Below, piece by piece: positions 50,400 to 64,000 of a stretch of DNA of 64,000 bases. This DNA is from Nemertoderma westbladi (Eukaryota; Animalia; Xenacoelomorpha). The notes under the pieces are model-generated. The model saw only the letters and a program-made list of their open reading frames with translations. It ran no database searches and had not been told where the DNA came from. The stretch is taken from assembly GCA_032718475.1 (NCBI GenBank), contig JAUCBJ010006766.1:110075-174074 (forward strand), given 5' to 3'. The stretch's first letter is position 1, and each line of letters opens with the position of its first letter. The translations under genes were made by a program, and so were the position numbers.

Positions 50400-50550
50400 C
50401 CCCATAGGAAACTCCACACTCATTTAGCTACCACTTAAGGATGCAGGGCAGAGATGCGCCCTGGCTAGTCCCTTCAAGGCTTCCTGCCGAAACGAAAACT
50501 ACTCTGGCCCCAATGCGGGGATCGTACCCACGACCTCCGGTTTCATGTGA
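50400..50550 (-). mobile_element. 5'-truncated tRNA-derived SINE fragment
   Basis: Minus strand ccggaggtcgtgggtacgatccccgc resembles a T-arm/B box, followed by a GC-rich body. Confidence 0.4.
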
Positions 50551-50890
50551 ATTCAATGTCTAATGGTAACAGCTGATAATGAAATTAATATATATATTAA
50601 CATATTAATATATATACATATATAATTTATACATATTACAAATAATAATAACTCACACGAATTATATTTCTCGATGGTTCTCGAATGTCCGGAATTACCG
50701 ATAAATCAAGAAACACGGGACTACCAAGCGTGGTAATTGAAGCTCCCATCGTCTTCTCTACACTAGTGCTGTCGGAAAGCATCCCTAGAAATTAACATAA
50801 AATTTCCGAGATAGGCCAAATGGCACCATGTATATTTCCATTTTTTTTCCTATATTTTTTTATTATAAATTGATGCGACATCGTTCATAT

Positions 50891-52895
50891 GGGTCAATGC
50901 CAACCATATGGACCAAGTCACGTACGGGACAAAAAATATACAAAAATGTAAATCATTTGAGAATGAATGGTCGGTTGGTTTTGATAATTAGATTGCCGCA
51001 TAGGCCTACACTATAATCGGTCCCCCCCCCCCCTGCTGTGATACACTCCAACCACAGTTTGTTATAGAAAAAGCTACAACGAATTTTTCAAAAAAAATAT
51101 CGACACGTACGGGGACATTTTTCAAATTTTATGATTGTGATTACGGACTCATTTAGGCCATTAAAATTACAATTCAGGTGCCAAACGAATAATATCCCTG
51201 CTGAGTATAATTCCTGTGAACAAATAAACGTAGCTTCGAAGTGAATATGAGATATCAGAAATACAAAAAAAATTTAACGTGGTCCGTTTTTTTTGTCACA
51301 TAACGTGACACTCAGTAAATGATTAATTTAATAGCATATAAATTGTCAAATATGGGCCAATAACCCGATGTGTTAACACTTCCACTCATATTCTTCCATT
51401 TGAATCAGTTAGATTGGCAATTTTTGGTGACTTAGCTCAGTTCATATGAATATATTCCGTGAGCGTCTCCAAAATGGGCCATAAAAGTGTCCCCTACTTA
51501 ACGGAGATTTTATATCAGAAAACGCGAACTCAAAGATTTAGATCACCACAGCCATTTCTCTGATAGTTTTGCCATGTATGGGTTCAGGGTTGTATCAGTG
51601 AGACTGCTACGTATACATTTATTTGGCTAGGTTGAAAAACTACCATGTCCCATAACGTGACAGGATGTCCCATACTTGACATTGTGTTGGGGGCAGAAGT
51701 TAATCATGGTCTAAACAATATAATTACTTACATTTAATTATTTGTAACATAATAATAATTCTGTAACCTGCTCCTTCCCCTTAATTGACAACAGACCATA
51801 TTAATTTAATACCAAATTAACTGTTTGTGGAAAGGGTTTTGGGATTGGGACAGTAGTTTTGAGAGTGTGATGAAAGTTGGGAATGGAACAGGAGTTGGCA
51901 GTGGGAAGGACGATAAACTGGACTTAAATTCTAGTACGGAGGAGTTGTTTGAAGAATTTTATGATTTGTTTTTAATTGGAAAATATATGTCAAAATTTAT
52001 ATTAATTTTTTTTTTTTTTTTTTAAATTATTATTAAGTACCGGTATATTATTCAAATTATAGCACAACAAACAATGGCTAGTATCAGTGAACAAACCTAC
52101 TGTATACCTATACATACAATGTTATACACACGTTGGCAGGACGAGGACAATAAAACTCAGTATTGGGTAGCCAGATCAACCCCCCGCAGACCTGCCCCAT
52201 CCCCAAAGCCCGACCCGTGCCAAGACCGTCGACCACCTCTGAGGCAGAGAGAATTCGATCGGAGGAGGGCAAATTTATAATAATTGATTCCACGTAAATT
52301 CCTTCCTATACCATATCAATATGTCCCATACATGACATCAAAAAACTGTCTATTTACATTTTCAAATTAATTTTTTGATATAAAATAACGGTTTACAGAT
52401 GACCATATGCAACAGTTTTGTGTATCAAATTGTTATTAACAGGAAAAAAAAAATTAGTCCCACTTTTCACGTCAAAGTTTCCCCGAAAGTGAAACTTTGT
52501 ATTGTCACTCTATAAAAAATATATTTTTAGTGACAGAATTTTTAAATTTTTTCTCACCAGAAAACTTTCCACTTCGATCTGATATCTCTTGCCGGACACC
52601 TCAATACCACCATTAAACGACTGTTACTTCAAATTTTCAAGAATATGGACATAAAGTATGAAAAAAATATTTATAAATTTCCCATACGTAACAAAAAGTT
52701 TTTCTCAATTTTTGCATTCCGGAACGTTTCTCTCAATAACGGCCAATAAATTTTTGGGGAAATTTCTGGTTTCATATGCAGAAATTATCGCTCTTTCTAA
52801 CCATCACTATGACAAATTCTCAAAGTTAATTTCAAAATTCAACAAATTTCAAAAATCACGTACGGGAACTTGGTCAATATGGTTGGCATTGACCC
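50891..52895. mobile_element. Non-autonomous DNA transposon (Sola2-like ends), ~2.0 kb
   Basis: TIRs gggtcaatgccaaccatat(g/t)gaccaagt with ATAT on both flanks; no transposase ORF. Confidence 0.8.
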
Positions 52896-54058
52896 ATATT
52901 ATAAAAGATATCGCATCAATTTATGAGAAAAAAATATATATGGTTGATTCTCCTAAAAATTGCCTAAATAAGTGATTTTTATTGCAAATTTTTTTGAAAA
53001 ACTATAAATCATTCGATAGGTATTCAAATATGACGGTGCTGCGTGCCACGCTTAAGTACCTCATTAACAACTATAGAGCAAAATATAGTGTCCCCTGCTG
53101 TAATTGTTTTGTCCCTTGTTGTAATGCGTTTCACAAAAGTGGGACAAATTAAGTAAAGCTGTAGGCCTATGCTATTTATACTAATTATTTGAACCCATTG
53201 TGGCTTATCAATAAATTTACCGGTATTGCATTGTTTTTGTATTTGTAGAAAATGTAAAAAACATTAGCAAGTTAAGTTAATATAATATGATAATAATATA
53301 TTAATGAATAGTTCTATAATTGTGATAATTAAGTCCACCACAAAGCAATATGAACAGCCAAAAGGAATTTATCGTGAAAATTCACGGCAGTTTGAATTGG
53401 CCATCAAGTTTCACAGAGAAGTCCCTTGTCGTCAATTTTCACGGCATATTGACAGCAAATACTTCACATAGATGATTGAGATTTTGTTGTGAAAACGATG
53501 GCTATCGAGGGCAACCGTGAAATTATTTATTAAAGCAGCTAATGCAGGTGCAGGTACATAGAGTTGTCAGCCAATGGGCACCTCGCTATGGGGTGATGTT
53601 TGGCCCTGAGCTGCAGATTGGATGATGCGGCCATTAGGACCGGGCTTCACCCTGCAGGAAAGGTGCTCTATAGCCTATTGGTTGTTACCTTATCTGCTTC
53701 TCAATTCCTTTCTACCGGGATACCGTCTCTATCTCTCCGTACGGTAATGCAAATGTATCTATCTATATGTACCACATCGGGGACAGTCCACATGCTGTAA
53801 TTCCATTCAGTAATGGTGGACGCATTACTGCATGGTGGACAATATTGTTTGGTTAACATTTAAATAAACTGCTGAGGCTGACAAAGTACTATAAAGTTAA
53901 TATTCGGATAGCGAATTTACCAACGATTCAGATGATACAAAAACCAAGCCATCTACTGTAGGCCTACTTATAAGAAAGTTCCAATCATTTTTATATCATT
54001 ACAACGGTAGACCATTGCTTTACGAACTCGACTTTTTTGTAATTTTCGAATGAATTGA

Positions 54059-55226
54059 TGTAAAGGCTTTTGCGGATATAACTAATCATTTTTCCCGCAA
54101 AGTACTGTGTAGGTGTTTTAGCGGACATAAAAAGCCATTTTTTCTGTATGTGTACTTTAGCGGACATAACAAGCCATTTTATGCCGCAATACGCCAAATA
54201 CTCTTAATACAGTGTAGTTCAGATGACGAAATCTATCAGCTGATTTAATGTCGATGTGGAGCTTTCTTAACTCTCTTTGTTCGGCTCACTCGACCAATCA
54301 GAGCGATTTTCATTTTATTTTGCACAGAAGCCTACGGGAAATCGCGCAATGCATGACGGTCTTTGTTTACCTTTTCCTGAGCCCCAGAACATCGGCTTTG
54401 GAATTATTCTGAGTTTCAGACTTTAGCCAAACATTAGAACGGCTTTGATCATAGGAACGTATAACTGTTATCAGTACACAGACCAGCACTGCACACGGTA
54501 CAGTCCAGTCAACTCAATGCATTACGTCCTACCCAACTTTCACCGCATTATTTTAATTCTGTTTACTGTCGGTTATTAATTGTTATAAGTTGATGGATAT
54601 GTGGTTATATTTGGAGAATATCGATAAATAATCATAAAACCCCAATCTTCTTGATATACTGAAGGTAAGAGGGACCAGTTACCTGTAGCAACTGCGACTT
54701 ACATTATAGTGGTTTTGGAGTGAATTGAATGCTATTTCATAATCCCTACATGCAATCCATACTGTCCCACTACATACAACCACTTAGTGAAGGTCGGCAG
54801 ATCAGTGTGCAGCAGTGTGCGGTAGTGTGCATGAGTGTGACCGATAACAAAGCATTTCCTAAAGAATGCGCTTTATACGAAAATCATTAGCCATCCCGTT
54901 GTGTTTAGTGTAAGTCATAACTCTGTTTACATACTTAGAGCGCCACGTCCTAAAGGAACTGTTAATATTTCCCGAAAGTGAATAATATTTGTCAGAGATA
55001 TTATAGTAACGATCAATCGAATAATACAGTAAGTCTACACCGCAATAAGGTCAGAGCATCCGAATCCAGTCTCCCTTAACTGTGGGTGAATGGTCGCGCA
55101 TAGGCTGGCTTCGGCTAATGTAACTTTATGTGCACCAAATACTTGTGATAGGCTAAAGTCGATTTATAAACTAGAAGACACCTAAAATTGGCAGGTTAAA
55201 CTGCTAAAGGTCTAAAAGCGCGAACA
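54059..55226 (+). mobile_element. Solo LTR of a diverged subfamily of the same BEL/Pao family
   Basis: tgtaaaggc...gcgcgaaca, colinear with 2885-4100, perfect 5-bp TSD attga. Confidence 0.92.
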
Positions 55227-55922
55227 ATTGACATTGTTGGCAAAGCGTTACATGGAAAAGTCGTGGACATCGGCATTACAGCGGGGACATTTTAACCGAA
55301 TTTGGATACACATTATTAACAGTGCGAAAACTTGTTATTAAGATATTTAGATAATAAATATGATCTGCATGAAAGCTTAAATTCTCTACTTCAATATGAT
55401 ATACGGGTTGTTGAGAGGGCTTTATGGAATTTGCAGGTATTTATCGAATGTTGAAAATGAAAGTTTATAAATTGGACAAGCTAAATTTACGACTTTTTCA
55501 ACTTCAAACAGTCATAATTCTTCAACGGTTTATCATATTTACGTAATTCTTGGTGTTTAAAAATCACGAGAAAAAATTATCTATTAAATGGTATATAGAT
55601 AGTTTTGTAATATTGCGGTTTCCTTAACTCAAGAAAATTATCTTTGAAAACTTGTACAAAAATTGGGCACTTTTTAGGAGTATCACCCATATATAGTAAA
55701 AAATATTGAAAATATGTCTAAATTATCGATAAAATTACTAGAAGAAAATAAACGAGTAAAAACGCTTTCCTTTCAAACCTAGTGGGATAATAATATCAAT
55801 ATTCAATCATTTTCACTATTTCAATATTGTGGTGCCAATCATCAAACCGTGGAAAGATCAAGTGACGTGACATTTTATCTGTCTGTCAACAAATAAACGT
55901 ACGAATCTTTAAGATAACATAC

Positions 55923-56103
55923 TTAGCGTTCCAGTACCAACCATCTAACATAGGGAAACCTCCCAAATCCGCCCGTAATTGTCTGATATAATCCAGGACG
56001 TATACTTCCGAATCACTTGTGTTCATACAAGCCGCGTAGTAGTCCGCAGCTTTAGTAAATATCTCATCCGATGCCTTCTCTTTAATTGTCTGTTCTAGAA
56101 CGT
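55923..56103 (-). CDS. Neprilysin/ECE-like (M13) gene exon (DVLEQ..KAADYYAACMN..LGGFPML)
   Basis: cctag acceptor, gtatgt donor; matches the M13 N-domain motifs KA..YY.SCMN and GGWP. Confidence 0.85.
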
Positions 56104-56257
56104 CTAGGATAATAAAATATATTGTGGAGATATATACTTTAATCGGAGTTTATTCCTCTTGTAGTATAGTTCTCAGTAAGATTTTTGTAATTACTGTATT
56201 TGGCTAATTCTTAATATAAATCACAAAAGAAAGTATGATTGGTAAATTCTGCTATTT

Positions 56258-56400
56258 GCCGGGGTAGCTCAGTTGGTTGAGCGCGGGGCCTGCAATCTAT
56301 TGGTAGTAGGTTCAAGCCTCACCAAGGTCCACTAAACCTTTCCAACTTGGGTCGATAAAATGAGTACCAGTTAAATTACTGGGGAGAAAAACAAGGGATA
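56258..56400 (+). mobile_element. tRNA-derived SINE with a Nin/Deu-like core
   Basis: A box tagctcagttggt, B box ggttcaagcc, core gggtcgataaaatgagtaccag. Confidence 0.72.
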
Positions 56401-59112
56401 GGAGTAGCTCCCACCCTACTTTCGGGTAGCAGATAGGCGTAGCGCCCACCCCTACTTTAGGGTTGCAGATAGGAGTAGCGCCCACCCCGACCCTTGGGTA
56501 GCAGATAGGAGTAGCGCCCACCCCTACCTTCGGGTAGCAGATAGGAGTAGCGCCCACCCCTACCTTCGGGTAGCAGATAGGAGTAGCGCCCACCCCTACC
56601 TTCGAGTAGCAGATAGGAGTAGCGCCCACCCTTACCCTCGGGTAGCAGATAGGAGTAGCACCCACCCCTACCCTTGGGTAGCAGATAGGAGTAGCGCCCA
56701 CCCCTACCTTCGGGTAGCAGATAGGAGTAGCGCCCACCCTTACCCTCGGGTAGCAGATAGGAGTAGCACCCACCCCTACCCTTGGGTAGCAGATAGGAGT
56801 AGCGCCCACCCCTACCTTCGGGTAGGAGATAGGGGTAGCGCCCACCCCTACCTTCGGGTAGCAGATAGGAGTAGCTCCCACCCCTGCCTTCGGGTAGCAG
56901 ATAGGAGTAGCGCCCACCCCTACCCTTGGGTAGCAGATAGGAATAGCGCCCACCCCTACCATCGGGTAGGAGATAGGGGTAGCGCCCACCCCTACCTTCG
57001 GGTAGCAGATAGGAGTAGCGCCCACCCCTACCTTCGAGTAGCAGATAGGAGTAGCACCCACCCCTACCCTTGGGTAGCAGATAGGAGTAGCGCCCACCCC
57101 TACCTTCGGGTAGGAGATAGGGGTAGCGCCCACCCCTACCTTCGGGTAGCAGATAGGAGTAGCTCCCACCCCTACCTTCGGGTAGCAGATAGGAGTAGCG
57201 CCCACCCCTACCCTTGGGTAGCAGATAGGAGTAGCGCCCACCCCTACCATCGGGTAGGAGATAGGGGTAGCGCCCACCCCTACCTTCGGGTAGCAGATAG
57301 GAGTAGCGCCCACCCCTACCCTTGGGTAGCAGATAGGAGTAGCGCCCACCCCTACCTTCGGGTAGGAGATAGGGGTAGCGCCCACCCCTACCTTCGGGTA
57401 GCAGATAGGAGTAGCGCCCACCCTTACCCTCGGGTAGCAGATAGGAGTAGCACCCACCCCTACCTTCGGGTAGGAGATAGGAGTAGCTCCCACCCCAACC
57501 TTCGGGTAGCAGATAGGAGTAGCGCCCACCCTTACCCTCGGGTAGCAGATAGGAGTAGCACCCATCCCTACCCTTGGGTAGCAGATAGGAGTAGCGCCCA
57601 CCCCTACCTTCGGGTAGGAGATAGGAGTAGCTCCCACCCCAACCTTCGGGTAGCAGATAGGAGTAGCGCCCACCCTTACCCTCGGGTAGCAGATAGGAGT
57701 AGCACCCATCCCTACCCTTGGGTAGCAGATAGGAGTAGCGCCCACCCCTACCTTCGGGTAGGAGATAGGAGTAGCGACCACCCCTACTGTACTTTCGGGT
57801 AGCAGATAGGAGTAGCTACCACCCCTACCCTTGAGTAGCAGATAGGAGTAGCGCCCGCCCCTACCTTCGGGTAGGAGATAGGAGTAGCTCCCACCCCTAC
57901 CTTCGGGTAGCAGATAGGAGTAGCTCCCACCCCTACTGTTCTTTCGGGTAGCAGATAGGAGTAGCTACCACCCCTACCCTTGAGTAGCAGATAGGAGTAG
58001 CGCCCACCCCTACCTTCGGGTAGGAGATAGGAGTAGCGCCCACCCATAACTTCGGGTAGCAGATAGGAGTAGCGCCCACCCCTACCTTCGGGTAGCAGAT
58101 AGTAGTAGCGCCCACCCCTACCTTCGGGTAGCAGATAAGAGTAACGCCCACCCCTACTCTCGGGTAGCAGATAGGAATAGCACCCAACCCTACCCTTGAG
58201 TAGCAGATAGGAGTAGCGCCAACCCCTACCTTCGGGTAGGAGATAGGAGTAGCGCCCACCCATAACTTCGGGTAACAGATAGGAGTAGCGCCCACCCCTA
58301 CCTTCGGGTAGCAGATAGGAGTAGCGCCCACCCCAACCTTCGGGTAGCAGATAGGAGTGGCGCCCACCCATAACTTCGGGTAACAGATAGGAGTAGCTCC
58401 CAACCCTACTTTCGGGTAGCAGATAGGAGTAGCGCCCACCCCTACCTTTGGGTAGCAGATAGAAGTAGCGCCCACCCCTAACTTCGGGTAGCAGCAGCAG
58501 ATAGGAGTAGCGCCCACCCCAACCTTCGGGTAGCAGATAGGAGTGGCGCCCACCCATAACTTCGGGTAACAGATAGGAGTAGCTCCCACCCCTACCCTCG
58601 GGTAGCAGATAGGAGTAGCTCCCAACCCTACCTTCGGGTAGCAGATAGGAGTAGCGCCCACCCCTACCTTCGGGTAGCAGATAGGAGTAGCGAACACCCC
58701 TACCTTCGGGTAGCAGATAGGAGTAGCGCCCACCCATAACTTCGGGTAACAGATAGGAGTAGCTCCCAACCCTACCTTCGGGTAGCAGATAGGAGTAGCG
58801 CCCACCCCTACCTTTGGGTAACAGATAGGAGTAGCTCCCAACCCTACCTTCGGGTAGCAGATAGGAGTAGCGCCCACCCCTACCTTCGGGTAGCAGATAG
58901 GAGTAGCGCCCACCCCTACCCTCGGGTAGCAGATAAGAGTAGCGCCCACCCCTACCTTCGGGTAGCAGATAGGAGTAGCGAACACCCCTACCCACGGGTA
59001 GCAGATAGGAGTAGCGTCCACCCCTACCTTTGGGTAGCAGATAGAAGTAGCGCCCACCCCTAACTTCGGGTAGCAGATAGGAGTAGCGCCTACCCTCACC
59101 CTCGGGTAGCAG
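56395..59112 (+). repeat. 36-bp minisatellite, about 75 copies, intronic
   Basis: Unit cccctaccttcgggtagcagataggagtagcgccca. Confidence 0.95.
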
Positions 59113-59141
59113 CTATCGAAGGAGTATATTTGTATTGTTAC

Positions 59142-59351
59142 CTTTCAGGGCAAGAAGTACAGATTGTTGACTTTCAGTCATTCTACTCCATACTGTGTAG
59201 GTGTTAGGTATTCTGCTGTTTCGGTACCAGTTTCCACAAGAGTATCTGTATAGGTCGTTGCACGGGTCAGCAGTGGTATCCATACTCTCCAGCATTGTGT
59301 TAGCGGCGGAAATGCAGGTTGGTGTTAGGCAAACATCTTTTGTAAAGTTTC
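59142..59351 (-). CDS. Neprilysin/ECE-like (M13) gene exon (VCLTPTCISAA..MDTTADPCNDLYRYSCGNW)
   Basis: Hallmark C.T..C and DPC.DFY.YACG.W motifs; ctcag acceptor, gtaac donor, phase 1/1. Confidence 0.9.
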
Positions 59352-60206
59352 CTGAGATAGATAAGTTGGGGCTGACAGTTTGGTGCTTTATATTTTAGCG
59401 CCTAGCAAACTTTAAACATACAGTAAAATATTGTCTATCTACAGTAAGTGTCGCTGGAACTATTATAGTAAAAACTGATATCAGACATTAGTAGGTTTTA
59501 TATGTTAGAAAAGTTAAAGAAAAAAAATAAAGAAATGTAAGAAAATAATGTTGTTGTTGCTGGGCCACCTTAATCTTATGGTTCAGATCGCACTTTCTGA
59601 AAATGCCATTGTCTAAATTTATTATTTTTGTAACTAACGTCTCTCTAACGTCGCATTTAACATGGAAACTGAAAGTAGAACAATGTAGGCTAATTAGGAT
59701 GCAGAGTAAAGCAGGTCAGTGGGGGTTGGGAGAAGTAGAACTCTCAATTCGAGAATATTGGATGGATCTTTCATCGTTTGTGGTTTTGTGAAACTGAAAC
59801 AGTTTAAGGCTTTATGTCCTCCGCCTTGGCTCTGACCAAACTTAGGCCCGGTCAAACCCTATCGACTGACAGGTAAGTACACATTTTTAAATTAATTGAT
59901 AGCCTATTCAATACAAATTGATTATTAAAAAAATATTAATAAGAAATAAAAAAACTCACTCCTAAAAAAAGCTCAACATCAAACAAATAATTTTCGCTCA
60001 TATAAAAGTTGGCGATTCCAAAATCGTTGTTACATGATAAGAAACTTTCCATTTTTTACCTATCGGTACCCAGCCATGCTATACTGCTGTCACATACCTA
60101 ACGGTACCCACCCACCCATGCTATACTTGTATACTGTACACTGCTGTTACATACCTACCAGACCCACCCATGCTATACTGCTGTCCCACATGATGGTTTT
60201 TCTTAC

Positions 60207-60347
60207 CTTTGGCTATTAGATGCAGACAAAGGAGTACAACGCAGAGAGTGAACAACGTTACAGTTGCTATTGTCAGGATTCTTTCTAGAAGTGAGCCTGT
60301 ACGAAATCGTTGTTTCTTGGTAACCGTCACATCTATTGGCGACGAGC
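60207..60347 (-). CDS. Neprilysin/ECE-like gene exon encoding the type II membrane anchor
   Basis: RTGSLLER followed by hydrophobic ILTIATVTLFTLCVVLLCLHLI; ctgcag acceptor, gtaaga donor; phase matches the next exon. Confidence 0.8.
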
Positions 60348-61415
60348 CTGCAGGCAATATTTATTGTTGAAATTCAAGTCCTGAATTCGTCGTAAATTTG
60401 ATTTACATTAAGCAATGCTCTAGGGTTGGTGCGCGAAAAATTGTTTGGATAAAAACAAATGAATAAGGGTTAACAAGGTGCCCTGAATCGAGTGGCGGGG
60501 TGTTTTTTTGTAAAACAACGAGGAAACGGTCGAAATCGGTTTGAAAATTGATGTGATTGGTTGCTACATATTTGACGTCATTACGCAATGATCTGATAAT
60601 TTGTTATCTTGGTTTCTATGGAGAGAGATTTTCGATCGATTCAAATACACATTAAATCTCAATCATTTCACGTTCAAGCATAAAAAAATTCGTTCACTTG
60701 AGGGTGAACGGACAAAGCCTGTGTGTTGGTCCATTATGTATGCTAAGGACAAAACTGTTAGCTAATTAAAATTAGGAAAAAGAAATGAAAATTTACAGAA
60801 ATTGGAAAACAAGTAAAAAAGGAAATTGGATTTCTATTTTTATTAATTACCGGTATTTTATTATTATTTTAATTTTTATTATAATTATTTGTACAGATGT
60901 AAATAATATCGCGACAACAAATGGCGCAGGGTGACATATTTTTCAGATCGCAGTACGACATATTTTAATTCTCCTGAGTGTTCCTTAGGCATACTGTGTA
61001 CCAACAAATAAGCGTAAAAACCAATTTTTCAACTCAATTTCAGTTTCTCGATATCCATCAATCAGAATGTCTGAATTTCGCTTCCGAGAATTTGTGGGGA
61101 AGGTACGTGTCCGTGCGTGCGTACGTACGTAGGTGTGTGGTCCGTTTATTTTTATAATAATAAAAAAAATTTTAATAATTGGTCTCAATCACTCAAACTC
61201 AGGGACGCCTCTATAACCCTCAACGTAGATAATAAGAAGGCACGCTATGGAAAAATGCTCAAACTAAAAAAGATAAGAGAAAAGGAAAAAATATGACCGC
61301 AGCGATATAACTTTCAATAATAAAAAAAATGGAACGCAGATTTTCAAATATCAAAATTTTTAATTAATTTTGAAATATACTAGTTAACGCGCTAATTTCT
61401 GCATGTTGTACAGTA

Positions 61416-62116
61416 CAGGCCACCAGAAAACGCAGATTTGTACAATTGTGAACACATTTTATCAAATGTGTACCAGTGTAATGTAATGTTGTTGAACGGG
61501 ACAATTGAACATAATTGAACATAATTGAATTGGCAACAACCAAAATTTTTTCGCCAAAGGATACAATTGAATACTTTTGAAACGCTTAGAGTTATCTTAG
61601 TAATCTGGAAACTCTCTGTAGTTTGCCGCTAACTGTCACTCACTGCAGCTGGAAATGTGATAATGATATTGTTTACCTTTATAGTGTGCGGTTAATAGTG
61701 TCTAGTAGGCAGGCCTATAGTTAGTGATGTTAAGGCATCTTCTGGTGTTTCTCTGTGCCCTCTCGGTGTCAGACTAATGGCGCGACATCTCCCTGCACTA
61801 AATTAATTATTCAATGGTCTAGGCTCCTCCATCCACTATACCCATCCACTCCATGAACCTCCATGTGGTCTTGTATGTAGTTCTCTCTCTACCAATACAG
61901 CCCATGTCCGCAATGTTACGCCCTGGGGGCTCTCTCATCTACCTGATATCAGACATACAGGCGCACCGCACAGAAAGCCTTTGTCGGTCCCAGCAAGTTT
62001 AGCCTCCTGCTGTGTGATCAAGAAGCCAACTCGCTACAACCTGCCAATCAGATGACTTGAACAAATGTGTTCACATGTGATCACATTGGATGAAATCTGC
62101 TTTTTCTGGTGGCCTG
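61416..62116. mobile_element. MITE, ~700 bp
   Basis: TIRs caggccaccagaaaacgcagattt and aaatctgctttttctggtggcctg; no clear TSD. Confidence 0.7.
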
Positions 62117-62482
62117 TCGTATGTTATAACTTTTGTATTTATAATAAATTAAAATTTCACGAATTTACACTTACAACGAGCTCCAATGGTAGCGTCTAGA
62201 GATATCGATTCCTCCAAATTATCTTTATGAATGTGATTGGTTGGCATATTGAAGCAGTTTGGGTTGTCTAACCAATGGGGGCTGTTGTAAGACTGGTAAC
62301 TGAAACAAAAATGAAAAAATGCATACCGGGAACGTATTGATTAATTAAAAGAATGACAATTAACCTAAAGATAGAGAGAAAAAACATTGTTTAAAGTAAA
62401 CAAATTACATCGCAGGGGCTGTACAATTAAAAAATATAATATGTTGGAGGATGTTTAACTCCTTTGCCTACTAACACTTAAA

Positions 62483-62801
62483 AAAGGCGCCACACTGCCG
62501 CTTTTTAAATCTAAATAATCCAGGTTCATTAAGGCGGCAGTGTGCCGTCTTTATATAATTATAAGTTAACCCCCAGGGCGGCAGAGTGCCGCCTTTACAT
62601 ATATTATCCTGTCCCCCATCAAGGGCGGCACTTGTTTTGAGGTTAGGACCTACTTTAAATTACACAATTTATGAAAATTAATTACAAGTTAGCCAATATT
62701 ATGTTACAAATGATTAAAGCGGCAATGTGCCGCCCATGGAGTTTAAGGGTGAAAGATTTAAGAAATTTAAGTATGATAAAAGGCGACAGTGTGCCGCCTT
62801 T
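62483..62801. repeat. Cluster of about 6 palindromic ggcggca-nnn-tgccgcc motifs
   Basis: Copies near 62484, 62531, 62576, 62622, 62716 and 62780. Confidence 0.65.
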
Positions 62802-64000
62802 GGGGGTAAGATAAGTAATAATATGGTTATCCTCTTTATATAAAATTCTCCGGTAGGCCTACGACAAGAAAGTAAATCTTGGTCCGATCAAATATCATTT
62901 TCTCGTTCCTTTGGTACGTAAAGGATTGCTTTATTTTAGGTAAGATCATCCTTCATCTTGTTAATAATAGAAACTAAACAATTTACATTTGAAAAAATGG
63001 TATAAATCTATTCCACGTCCCCCTTGAGTTATGGATATATTCGCTGTGAAATGACATTCGCTGAATACTATAGTGGTGCGGTGGTCGCAAAAAATAATTA
63101 TCAATTATTTAAATCTGTGATTTAAGCCTAATACAGTATAACTATGCTGAAATTTGGATAATATTATCTGACTCTTCAAATAATTCAATGTTTGAAATTA
63201 ATATGTTGTTTTTGTGGATTTAGACACAATGTAGACTTATCATTATACTGTAGGTATGTACACTAACTGTACGTTTCATTTGCACAGTATTTATTCTTGT
63301 TGAGAAACATTCACAGTGTAGGCCCTATTTAATCTAAATATAAATTGTCTGTTTGTCTGACACACACTATAATACTGTAATAATAAAATGCATCTCTATA
63401 ACGCCAAATTTACAACATAGAGAAGTAAGCTAAGGCGCATTAAGTTAGATTAACGTATATACAGGTCCCCCCAAGTATACTGTAGTATGCCTAATATAAA
63501 AAAAAAAAAGTTCGTTAGTATAGTCCTGGTGCGGTAAGTAGAGTTATTTTCAATAGTAGAACGCTGGAGATTACTTGTATGCGTTTTTAAAAATAATTAA
63601 TAATAATAATAATAATTAATAATAATTAAACAAATAATTGTGGTACAGTTATACACTCGAAACAATATCCATGAATACAGATTGTTAAAAACGTCTCGCC
63701 CTGAACCTAATAAACAGAGCAGTCGGAATTCCTCCAGTTTGCCGCTAGAGGGTGAAATATCTGAAAGTAAACATATCTCATTTTGGGTTTAAAATCATTT
63801 TCAGCTGGTATTCGGTGGGGCGTTGGCGCGAATTTTGTTTTTATTGATATTTTGCGAATTTTGTTCCATTGGGTAGGGAACTATTAAGGGATACGGTAAT
63901 AAATTATATTCAATTATTGTGAACTTTGTTAAAATCGTGGCGAACATTGTTACTTTGAATTCGTGCTATAGCAGTAATTCACTTCTTTACCAACACCCCC

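Noticed and set aside
56258-56330. tRNA gene
   Set aside because: A and B boxes are present, but the stems pair poorly and it continues into a SINE core.
56312-59099. Long repetitive ORFs (VGVGATPICYPK and GRYSYLLPE repeats)
   Set aside because: By-products of a stop-free 36-bp minisatellite inside a neprilysin intron; open in several frames.
59603-59793. Additional neprilysin exon
   Set aside because: Stops in all minus frames, and the flanking exons already join in phase.

Overview
AT-rich animal (probably invertebrate) genomic DNA. A + strand host gene of unknown function has coding exons at about 164-2774 and a tiny terminal exon at 49917. Its ~47 kb last intron holds a nest of retroelements: two large, tail-to-tail copies of one BEL/Pao LTR retrotransposon family (copy 1, +, 2885-30863; copy 2, -, 30864-49075), with two nested LINEs inside copy 1. 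A diverged solo LTR of the same family lies at 54059-55226. The family has two unusual properties. (1) There is no tRNA-type (TGG...) primer-binding site. Instead, the 11 nt abutting the 5' LTR are exactly complementary to an 11-mer inside the LTR, and both co-vary between the copies, which is the signature of Tf1-like self-priming, to my knowledge not described for BEL/Pao. (2) Where env would sit, there is a conserved ~1417-aa extra ORF with a DEDDy (WRN/EXD2/Mut-7/RNase D-like) 3'-5' exonuclease-like domain and CCHC zinc knuckles, preceded by a conserved ~105-nt RNA hairpin. The right end contains 5' exons of a neprilysin/ECE (M13) peptidase gene on the - strand, a tRNA-derived SINE with an expanded 36-bp minisatellite, and non-autonomous DNA transposons. 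All domain calls come from reading motifs by eye; no searches were run.
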